41,042 nt of DNA from the IMG/VR virus record IMGVR_UViG_3300026541_000011, positions 1 to 41,042 of that record; one strand, given 5' to 3'. Shown here piece by piece: positions 33,309 through 41,042 of this stretch. Both the position numbers and the translations under genes were made by a program. Under the pieces are notes generated by a model. The model saw only the letters and a list, made by a program, of their open reading frames with translations, searched no databases and was not told the origin of the DNA. Position 1 is the first letter of the stretch, and each line of letters opens with the position of its first letter. Origin of the DNA: a virus. Lineage: Duplodnaviria > Caudoviricetes.

Positions 33309-33371
33309 ATGGACTTTGAATGGATGTTAATTTTCTTTCTGAGTTGCGTTATATTTAGCGCATTTATTTAG
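33309..33371 (+). CDS. 20-aa hydrophobic peptide, antisense to the late operon
   Basis: MDFEWMLIFFLSCVIFSAFI; TTGTTT-17-TAGTAT-6-ATG. Confidence 0.4.
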   Translation: MDFEWMLIFFLSCVIFSAFI

Positions 33372-34971
33372 ACTGTGTTGAGACAGTAGCCGATAGGTAT
33401 TTGGATAATTTGGTCATTTCATCCGATCCAGGCTTAAACCTGGACGCTGCTATCAATGCATCCCTGCCAGCTTTAGTCTGAAATAATAGCTTAATCGTTC
33501 CCGCAACTGCCCCTATTCCTACAACCGCTTCTGGTGAGACCACCGCAGCTCCCCCCAATAGAAAAGGAACTACCCTGTTTCCTGTAGGTGGATTTTCGGC
33601 AAATTGACCGGCTCTCTCTACATGGCGCATTAATCTTTGAAATCCTTCAATCTCTCTCAAATCATTGCCTTTAAAAAACGTATTAATAGCCTCTTGTTGA
33701 CGCTCCATATACCCCGCAAATTTAGCAGGAGAAATATCACCTTTAGGAGTAGTCGCCTTTTCTACAGCCTCCTTTATAAGACCTGACCTGACCGCAGAAC
33801 GTCCCTCTCCGTCTAGCCCTTTATACAATCTTTCAGCACGTGATTTAGCTCCTTGAGAGACAAGAAACCTCCATGCCTTCTCGGGTTCTGGTGATTTTAC
33901 AAGTTGTCTTAAACCAGTTTCTTTAAATTGAACAACACCCTTCTTGTAGAAAGAATCAGCTTTTCTCCATGCTATTTTAGCTGCACCACCAGCATCATCG
34001 GCAAACTTTCCCATATCGGTTTCAAGAGCGTTTTTAATTGCTTGTACAGCACCCACGCCTTTCTCACCTATCGCAGAACCACCTTTGTAAAAATCACTTA
34101 CCTCTGATCCTAGTTGTGACCTTAATTCTCTCATTAACGAAAAATCACCTCTTGGTGCTGATGCGTATTTATCTAAAATCTTGGCGACTTCAGGATTGGC
34201 CGCAGTTCCCAGTCTTTCGACTTGCTCCATTTCTTTTAAAATAGCATCGTCAAAAGATTTGGTAGGGACTTCCCCGCGAGGGTTTAAGATTGTAGACGCT
34301 TTGTCGTATAGCTTCCCGACAGTTGACTTAAATCCTTTTAGTTTGTTTTGTAATCCAGTCTGGACTAATTCAGGTATGTCACCATCAATGTGGAAATCAT
34401 CGACAAGTTTTTGAGTTGCTTTATTAACTGCCTGGCTCTGCGCGGCCCTGCCGCCAGCCGTTCCAACTAAGGGTATATTCTCTGTTGCTGTTCCAATTTT
34501 TTTAGATATAACCCCGCCAACATCATCATAAAAAACCGGGACATCACGTTTAACACCTTCCTTAATGACTTCCTGGGCAGTATCAACACCCTTGCTTACA
34601 GGGGCAGGGGTTTTAATTCCTATGTTTGGAATAGTTCTCGAACCAGCCCCAATCTGGCCAACCACATCGACTATGTTTTCAGTTACACCCTCTGGCCCTG
34701 GTAGAACTTTATCCATTTCTGTTTTAAAAGTTTGAGATGGTAATTGTGTGCTTTCATCTAAGGCGTAGTTTCTAACGGCCACGCCTGCGTCCATAGCTGT
34801 CAAAGGAAACGCTGCCACAGCGTCAATACCTATTCTTGCAGTACGTCCTAGTTGCCGATTAACCCTCTCTAGGAATGTTGGTTCTGCCTGCTCTACCGTA
34901 TCTTGATCAACAGACACGCCTCCGAACTGGCTAGTCTTTCCAACCGCTACGCCACCAAATTTAGAAGCCAT
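33364..34971 (-). CDS. DNA ejection/internal virion protein (gp16 position)
   Basis: 535 aa A/G/K-rich helical protein; NPPTGNR plus a hydrophobic segment; third of three genes after the tail hub. Confidence 0.65.
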   Translation of the reverse strand: MASKFGGVAVGKTSQFGGVSVDQDTVEQAEPTFLERVNRQLGRTARIGIDAVAAFPLTAMDAGVAVRNYALDESTQLPSQTFKTEMDKVLPGPEGVTENIVDVVGQIGAGSRTIPNIGIKTPAPVSKGVDTAQEVIKEGVKRDVPVFYDDVGGVISKKIGTATENIPLVGTAGGRAAQSQAVNKATQKLVDDFHIDGDIPELVQTGLQNKLKGFKSTVGKLYDKASTILNPRGEVPTKSFDDAILKEMEQVERLGTAANPEVAKILDKYASAPRGDFSLMRELRSQLGSEVSDFYKGGSAIGEKGVGAVQAIKNALETDMGKFADDAGGAAKIAWRKADSFYKKGVVQFKETGLRQLVKSPEPEKAWRFLVSQGAKSRAERLYKGLDGEGRSAVRSGLIKEAVEKATTPKGDISPAKFAGYMERQQEAINTFFKGNDLREIEGFQRLMRHVERAGQFAENPPTGNRVVPFLLGGAAVVSPEAVVGIGAVAGTIKLLFQTKAGRDALIAASRFKPGSDEMTKLSKYLSATVSTQSK

Positions 34972-35990
34972 TATGGTTTCCTGTATTCTTGGCCGTCTTC
35001 AATAAAAGTCGTACCTGATGGTAGTGCGTCGAATTCTTCTTGGGTTGTAATTGTTGGAGTTTCACCACTAGCATCTGTTGGGGCTATCAATTCTTCGTTT
35101 TCATTAATGACCCACCCTTCTGGTAATTCTGGTGTCTGCCCTAGTTTAAACGCAACAATTCCATTAATTGTGTCAACCTTAAACTGTACCGTTTCTGGTA
35201 AGTCTGTTCTTTTGGGCATCATATCATTCAACAATTCTTGATCCCTATCGGTGAAAATACCCTCGCCCGATTCTCTGAATAATGATTTTAATACCGGAGA
35301 CATGGCAGCAACCGCTCCCTCTGCCGATTGCTGTTCTACTGTTACTGCCGGTATTCTCCCCATAATTGGGCCTGTTTCGGTCTTTGATAGCGCACTCTGT
35401 AGTCTGTTCATTCCGTATTTATAGGCGTTAAATGTTTTCTTATTTTTCTTGGCTAATACCTTCTCTTTAGCCGAAGCCGCGCCTAGTGCTTCCTGTTCTT
35501 TAAGGTTTGCGGCCTCTTTTAATTTTACCTTTTGTTTGGTTTGTTCAATAGCCTCGATATATTCTGGTGTTTTCTCAGGCGGCAGTGTTTTTTGAACTAC
35601 AGAACTCTGAGGTTGTTGAATAGTTACATTACCCCCAATTGAGGGGCTGATTCCTTGTTGTTCTCCGGTTGGCGCTGGTTGTTGACCATAAGGTTCAAAA
35701 TATTGTACCCCTCCGCCTGTATCCCTCCACGTTCCTTTGCCACTTACATCAAACCCTTGTGGTAATTGTATTTCTTGAGCGCCACCTTGATTACTAAGCT
35801 GGTACGCTCTCACTTTACCATCTTGCCCTTTGGTGATAAAAGGGGTTAGCCCGTAAGTCGCATCACTCCCAAGATTCAAGGCATTCTGATCAAGCTGTTG
35901 CTGGTTCAACGCATTCCCAATGCGCGCACCCTTAATCCCCTCGGCTTGAGCTATTACGTTACCATAGTTAAAAGGATGTAGTCCGTCCAT
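34971..35990 (-). CDS. DNA ejection protein (gp20 position)
   Basis: Q-rich N-terminus, GEGIFTDRDQ, C-terminal EFDALPSGTTFI. Confidence 0.6.
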   Translation of the reverse strand: MDGLHPFNYGNVIAQAEGIKGARIGNALNQQQLDQNALNLGSDATYGLTPFITKGQDGKVRAYQLSNQGGAQEIQLPQGFDVSGKGTWRDTGGGVQYFEPYGQQPAPTGEQQGISPSIGGNVTIQQPQSSVVQKTLPPEKTPEYIEAIEQTKQKVKLKEAANLKEQEALGAASAKEKVLAKKNKKTFNAYKYGMNRLQSALSKTETGPIMGRIPAVTVEQQSAEGAVAAMSPVLKSLFRESGEGIFTDRDQELLNDMMPKRTDLPETVQFKVDTINGIVAFKLGQTPELPEGWVINENEELIAPTDASGETPTITTQEEFDALPSGTTFIEDGQEYRKP

Positions 35991-37046
35991 TTATCTACCT
36001 GTATACCCTGTGGATTGCCATTGCTGGGGTTGGTTCAAATGGTCATAGGTTAGATAATTACTCATTCCACCCTGAATAGCGTTATTTAATGAATTAGTAC
36101 CAAACTGTTCAGCATTAATCTGGTTAGATGTATTTTGAGCACCAAACCCGCCTGTTTGTACTGCAGCGTTCTGCCCTGCTCCGGCTAAGTTAGAAAGCTG
36201 GTTAAGGTAGTTTTGATTCCGTCCGTACAAATCAGATTCTTGACCGGATGCAATATTATAGCCGGTCAAAGCTTGGTCTTGTCTTATTCCGTAGTCCGTA
36301 AGGTTTCTATTGTACAAGTCTTGTTCTTGACCCTGGGCGATTCCAAAACTAGTTAAATCACGACTATACTGGTCACTTTCTAAATCCCTGTTTATTCCAA
36401 AACTAGTTAACCCCCTGCCGTACAAATCCTGCTCTTGCCCTTGGGCAATACCAAAGTCAGTTAAGTTACGCCCGTAGTTTTCCTGTGACGATGCTAATTG
36501 TCTGCCAAAGGCATCATTGGCATATTGACTAGCCACACCTGTTGCGCGGTCGGTTAATTCTGCAAGTCTATTGCCTGAATTAAAACCGCCGATACTGGCT
36601 TGTCCTCTATTGGCCTGTTTCATGGCCTCGTCAAGGGCAAACTGATAACCTGGATCGCTTTGAAGGTCGAAATTAAAATCCCCTGTGGTGTTATATTGAG
36701 GTAGGTTAGTATTGTCAGTATAAGAAGGTAATTGAGATGTATTATTATACTGAGGCAAATTAGTAGTCGGGTTATAGCTCGCAGCATTATATTGAGGCAG
36801 GGTAGTATTATAACCACCTAACTGATTGGTATACTGGTTTAAAGCATTAACACCCGCCTCACGATATGGGCCTAAATCCGATCTGGTCTGATCGTATTGA
36901 CCCTGTGAGAGGGCAGATTGTTTATCGGCGGACTTATCGCCTAGATAGGCACTGCTTAACGAACTTCCAACGATTCCGCCTACAGGACCGCCAAATGCGT
37001 AGCCGATTGGTCCTGCCAACCCCATTACTGAATCAAATAATCCCAT
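35991..37046 (-). CDS. DNA ejection/pilot protein, P22 gp7-like
   Basis: Gly-rich hydrophobic N-terminus, DLGPYREAGVNAL, SDPGYQF, LAGAGQNAA. Confidence 0.75.
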   Translation of the reverse strand: MGLFDSVMGLAGPIGYAFGGPVGGIVGSSLSSAYLGDKSADKQSALSQGQYDQTRSDLGPYREAGVNALNQYTNQLGGYNTTLPQYNAASYNPTTNLPQYNNTSQLPSYTDNTNLPQYNTTGDFNFDLQSDPGYQFALDEAMKQANRGQASIGGFNSGNRLAELTDRATGVASQYANDAFGRQLASSQENYGRNLTDFGIAQGQEQDLYGRGLTSFGINRDLESDQYSRDLTSFGIAQGQEQDLYNRNLTDYGIRQDQALTGYNIASGQESDLYGRNQNYLNQLSNLAGAGQNAAVQTGGFGAQNTSNQINAEQFGTNSLNNAIQGGMSNYLTYDHLNQPQQWQSTGYTGR

Positions 37047-37082
37047 AATTATGCCGTTATGTATGAAAAGTTAAACACTATA

Positions 37083-38546
37083 TTAAACATACTGGATTGT
37101 TATCCACCCTCGATTAAAAGAAGTTGAATCAAAGGATGTTCCGTCAAAAAAATCACCTATTGTTCTGGTTACGTTGGCATTGGTTGCGTCAACGCTGTAA
37201 CCTGGGTCAACATCCTGATTTATATCATAATAAATTAAGTTGTCGTCAGTTCGAATTAGAACCTTAATCGTCCTAATATTTGCCAATGTCAACCCATGAG
37301 CCACCGCCACGGTGTTGGTTGTATCCATATTCCAATCACCAATTTCAACTACTTTTGTGGATAAGGGTAAATTCGCCGCTGATAAATTTCCAACTATATC
37401 AACATTTGTCGTTCCTGTCGGGATAGTAATTACATCGGCATCAGCATCGTTCTTAATCGTAACGTCATTAGTTGAGCCTTGGCCTGTTAGGATAAGACCT
37501 TCGGTAGCAGTATATCCCATTGCAGCGTTATCACCTGCCGAAGTATCTCCTGCCGCATTCAGGGTTGCATCTGTGAATATGTCTAATACAGCACCTATAC
37601 CACCATCGGTATGAATTGCTCCAGTGCTTCCGCTTGTAGATGCTGTAGAATCATCATTATCTATTGCACCAGCAATAACCATACCAACTGTCCCAGTTGG
37701 AACGCGAAATACAGTTACGTCTGCACTATTCTTAATATTGATGTCATTAACTGATCCTTGACCTGTAAGTATCAGCCCTCCACTAGATGTATAACCTATA
37801 GCTGCGCTATCGCCAGCACTCGTATCACCCAAAGGCTTAAACGTCCCTATGATTGAGGTTACATCTCCTCTAATATCAACATTTGTGGTTCCTGTCGGAA
37901 TTTCAATAACGCTTGTGCCAGCATCGTTTCTGATCGTCACATCATTAGTTGAACCTTGGCCAGTGAGCATTAACCCTACTGTTGCCGCATAACCGACCGC
38001 AGCCAAATCACCTGGCGATGTACTACCCAAAGCCATAAGGGTTCTATCAGTCGTTATATCTAATTTAGCGCCTATCCCCCCTTCGGTTTGGATTGATCCT
38101 GTAGAGCCAGAAGTTGAATCAGTTACATCGTCAACCGAAACAATGCCACTAGCCCTTATTGCCCCGCCTTCTTGTGCGATAACCTTATAACCATTACCTG
38201 CACTAATGACTTGCAAAGTAACTGAGTCCCATCTTTCTAAAACAAGGCTCGTAGCAGCACCGTCTATAGTGTCACTACCCGCCCTCGCTACTGTTACAGC
38301 AGCGGCGTTAATATTAGTAATAGTAACCTGGAAATCTCCAATCTCAGCCGCTATCATTGTCGCGGCGTCACCTAAAGTAATAGTAAAAGGGGTTGAGGCG
38401 TGATTTCCTTCAATAGTATTTCGGTTGTCAGATACTAAAATAGCGTAGGTCGTGGTCTTTTGAACTACTTTTTGCTCAAAATTAGTATCGGCCTCGCCTG
38501 GTGTAAGGTCACTTGCTTTAGCTGCTCTTGTGCGGATAGTGCTCAT
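37083..38546 (-). CDS. Tail fibre/needle protein with three internal repeats
   Basis: Three copies of GD.AA.GY....GL.LTGQGS.ND..I.N; follows gp10. Confidence 0.7.
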   Translation of the reverse strand: MSTIRTRAAKASDLTPGEADTNFEQKVVQKTTTYAILVSDNRNTIEGNHASTPFTITLGDAATMIAAEIGDFQVTITNINAAAVTVARAGSDTIDGAATSLVLERWDSVTLQVISAGNGYKVIAQEGGAIRASGIVSVDDVTDSTSGSTGSIQTEGGIGAKLDITTDRTLMALGSTSPGDLAAVGYAATVGLMLTGQGSTNDVTIRNDAGTSVIEIPTGTTNVDIRGDVTSIIGTFKPLGDTSAGDSAAIGYTSSGGLILTGQGSVNDINIKNSADVTVFRVPTGTVGMVIAGAIDNDDSTASTSGSTGAIHTDGGIGAVLDIFTDATLNAAGDTSAGDNAAMGYTATEGLILTGQGSTNDVTIKNDADADVITIPTGTTNVDIVGNLSAANLPLSTKVVEIGDWNMDTTNTVAVAHGLTLANIRTIKVLIRTDDNLIYYDINQDVDPGYSVDATNANVTRTIGDFFDGTSFDSTSFNRGWITIQYV

Positions 38547-40045
38547 ATTTCCATCTCAATCGCTTCAATTCGTTTCTGTTCAGTACCGGAAAATTCAACC
38601 TCATGATTTCTGCGCCGGAAGCGCCCGTTCCTTGTTGCCTTGCTATATCCACTAGTTTTAATGGTTTTACCTGAGGTAAAATTGCTATTATTTTCATTAG
38701 ACCAGCGCAGGGTAAGGTCTGATGTAGACTTGTCTGAAACCTGTCGGTAGTCTTTGGGATATTTAAAAATATCTGTTCCACCATCCCACTGGCCTAGTCT
38801 CGATTTCATAGTTATCCCTGTACTAGACTCTCCAACCGATGAAACCCAACCGGTCTCAACCCAACCGGTCTCAACCCAACCACTGGCTAAAAGAGTGTCT
38901 TGAGGGGTTAGATTATCATTCAATGTAATCATATCACCGTTGCTTAAAATTCCCTCACCGAATCTCTGTACTGTACCGCGCCTTTTTGTCCATGAGACAA
39001 GGGGAAACTTGGTCAATGAATTAACCGTAGTCTCCCATTCGAAATACCATATCCCTGCCGTGTCATCCCAGACAAACGTATGATCTGGAACTACATTTGT
39101 AGAAATATGGTAAATAGTTAAAAGGTAAAATATATGTCCTTGGGCGCTAAAACCTGATCCTACTGACAAATAACCATCTTTCGAAATTGACTGGGTTAAA
39201 AATGAATCTAGTGTAGAGGTTGATATTTTTCTGATCTGGAAATTTTCTAAAGTCGAAACACTTAAACTGCCGGAAAAATTAACCGAGATAAAAAACGACC
39301 TGTCCCCTTCCTCCCAGACCGATTCCCCGGTAGAGCATCCTATTTGATAAGCAACGTCTTGCCTGCGGTTTAAAACACTTCCTACAGTATTAGCGGCATC
39401 GTAAAAAAACTCTATCGTGGTCGCACCATAAGCCACCACATTATCATGGTGTTTCCCCAAATAAATGCCCGCGTCTGGTTCTCTTTCGGCCTCTTTAAAA
39501 TCTAAAGCACCCCAGGTTGAACCATCGTTTAATGCAGAATTATATATAACTCCGTTTACATCGAGAACAAACATAAATTGATCCAGTACGGTCCCGCCAA
39601 AGGCTAAAGATACAGCAGGTGTTTGCTTTGGTGGAAAGTCTGTATCTGTTATCTCGGCAACAGCATCTGAGTTTGAAATTGTAAACCCCTCATCGTTAGC
39701 AGGGTCCAGTAGAACCAAAGTCTCCCCCAAAACAAAGAAATAGCATTTCTTGGTTCCTGCTGTCGGTAGAGTCGAAATTGAATTTGAATGTGACCCCTTG
39801 TATAAAGTCCCGTCATTAATAATATAAAGATCGGCTGTCTCATCCCAGAAAATAAGGCCTCTCCCCCTGTCTCCACCCCCTTGAGCTGAGGCGTCTTCGA
39901 ACAAGTCAATTGAAGGTCGTTGCGTCAGATAAAGAGTCTCACCTCTTTTATCAACCATACCATTAGTAACACCCGCGTCAAGTTCTGTTATGGTTGCACC
40001 ACTAAAGGCGTTAATATGTAGGTCTGCGTAGGATAAGAGCCTCAT
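38543..40045 (-). CDS. Tail hub / packaged DNA stabilisation protein, P22 gp10-like
   Basis: AEREPD, YGATTIEFF, QGHIFYLL, TFVWD...W, LRWSN, GRFRRR. Confidence 0.8.
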   Translation of the reverse strand: MRLLSYADLHINAFSGATITELDAGVTNGMVDKRGETLYLTQRPSIDLFEDASAQGGGDRGRGLIFWDETADLYIINDGTLYKGSHSNSISTLPTAGTKKCYFFVLGETLVLLDPANDEGFTISNSDAVAEITDTDFPPKQTPAVSLAFGGTVLDQFMFVLDVNGVIYNSALNDGSTWGALDFKEAEREPDAGIYLGKHHDNVVAYGATTIEFFYDAANTVGSVLNRRQDVAYQIGCSTGESVWEEGDRSFFISVNFSGSLSVSTLENFQIRKISTSTLDSFLTQSISKDGYLSVGSGFSAQGHIFYLLTIYHISTNVVPDHTFVWDDTAGIWYFEWETTVNSLTKFPLVSWTKRRGTVQRFGEGILSNGDMITLNDNLTPQDTLLASGWVETGWVETGWVSSVGESSTGITMKSRLGQWDGGTDIFKYPKDYRQVSDKSTSDLTLRWSNENNSNFTSGKTIKTSGYSKATRNGRFRRRNHEVEFSGTEQKRIEAIEMEI

Positions 40046-40455
40046 GAGTCAAAGGTATCCGTTAGAATATTATGTCGATATCTGCCTGTGCCGAGCGGCA
40101 TATGAGTCATGTCAGCACCTTCTAGCTTGTTATTAATCAACGTTCTAGCGATTAGATTTCTTCCATCTTTGGCTTTATCTGACAGATCGTTCGTAACAAG
40201 CGCGTTAAAAACTACTCCAAATTTAACCGCAAGATTAGAAATAATTCCCTCAGCCGCCCATATAGGAATAGGTATAGTATCCCCTAGAGTGTCTTGAGGA
40301 GGGATTTGCATATCCATATCCGAAACCGTCCAGGCAGAGAACATTTGATTCATAACGTCAAGAGCGTCTTCAACATCTGGAGTGACAAGAGAATTACCTG
40401 ATTCTATAATCTCTACTTCTAGGGCAGATTTGTCTAATAATTCCTGATTAGTCAA
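40042..40455 (-). CDS. Head-to-tail adaptor, P22 gp4-like (TTG start)
   Basis: DALDVMNQMFSAW ... IISNLAV ... MPLGTG. Confidence 0.75.
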   Translation of the reverse strand: MTNQELLDKSALEVEIIESGNSLVTPDVEDALDVMNQMFSAWTVSDMDMQIPPQDTLGDTIPIPIWAAEGIISNLAVKFGVVFNALVTNDLSDKAKDGRNLIARTLINNKLEGADMTHMPLGTGRYRHNILTDTFDS

Positions 40456-40463
40456 CTCAACAC

Positions 40464-40985
40464 CTATTTATCAATCAATCCAAAGACAACCATAAAACCT
40501 ATATTACCAACAGATGCTACACCTCCTTGCCTTACTAAAAGACCACTATCCTCATCGAGAACAATACGATCATCTCCAGCGTGAAGTTCTTTGCCGATAT
40601 ACGCACCGGCACTGGTTTCCTCGGTAAATAGACTGTCCCATCCAATTATAGCACCAGGGGTCGCGCCGCCTGTAGGGGTTAGTCTTGCGGTAATTCCTGT
40701 TGGCAATGCTCCTGGTGGTGGGGTAATAGTGGTAAATGTGCAGGCCGTAAAACTTGTGCCTTGTAAAGTTGCTGCCGTACCACCCGTACCAACATCAGTA
40801 GTTTTTGTTAAAAACAAGTCCACACCGACAACGCCTGTAACAGCAACAGCAGCGGATTGTATCGCCTTAACGGACGAAATCTCTATCTTCTTACCTGATC
40901 CTGTAGCGTTGAATAAATCAAAGTAATCAAGCGAAGCACCGACGGCTTGGTCTGGAATGAATAAACGCCATATCTGTTTACTCAT
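40464..40985 (-). CDS. Putative virion protein
   Basis: G/T/A-rich beta protein in the head-tail region; LFNATGSGK. Confidence 0.7.
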   Translation of the reverse strand: MSKQIWRLFIPDQAVGASLDYFDLFNATGSGKKIEISSVKAIQSAAVAVTGVVGVDLFLTKTTDVGTGGTAATLQGTSFTACTFTTITPPPGALPTGITARLTPTGGATPGAIIGWDSLFTEETSAGAYIGKELHAGDDRIVLDEDSGLLVRQGGVASVGNIGFMVVFGLIDK

Positions 40986-41042
40986 AGTAAAGACCTCAGT
41001 TCGTTGAGCTTGGCTTTCTTAGAATAAGTAATTCCTTTTTCA
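40926..41042. repeat. Terminal direct repeat, copy 2
   Basis: Identical to 1..117. Confidence 0.97.

Noticed and set aside
32713-33330. 205-aa plus-strand ORF and other long antisense ORFs in the late region
   Set aside because: These are shadow frames of T/G/A-rich minus-strand structural genes.
32785-38881. Diversity-generating retroelement TR/VR pair from the GWVE repeats
   Set aside because: There is no reverse transcriptase, the match is short, and the differences are not adenine-specific.
1-41042. Alternative genetic code
   Set aside because: Core genes are full length under code 11, and TAA, TAG and TGA all serve as stops.

Overview
The window is a probably complete, circularly permuted genome of about 40.9 kb. 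A 117-bp identical overlap sits at both ends, and the gene overlap across the join is consistent. It looks like a P22-like podovirus with lambdoid gene organisation. A long minus-strand late arm carries terS, terL, portal, scaffold, P22-type coat, gp4- and gp10-like tail hub, a repeat tail protein and three ejection-type proteins. A minus-strand early/middle arm carries a Cro-like regulator, HNH-AP2 endonucleases, a DNA methyltransferase, an O-like replication initiator with iterons, Lar, YopX and NinG. A plus-strand early arm ends in a Sak/DUF1071-like annealase. I recognise no integrase, CI repressor, helicase or endolysin. The most striking unexplained structure is a set of minus-strand structured non-coding elements at 22.8-23.7 kb and 25.4-25.9 kb. 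Several are enlarged or deformed tRNA-like folds, and most are clamped by 19-24 bp closing stems. Other notable items are a C4-like antisense switch before the replication gene, a Tat-signal protein carrying a coat-protein C-terminal motif, GWVExG repeats shared by two tail proteins, a paralog cassette between portal and scaffold, and several apparently leaderless genes. Protein calls rest on motifs and synteny recognised by eye; no searches were run.
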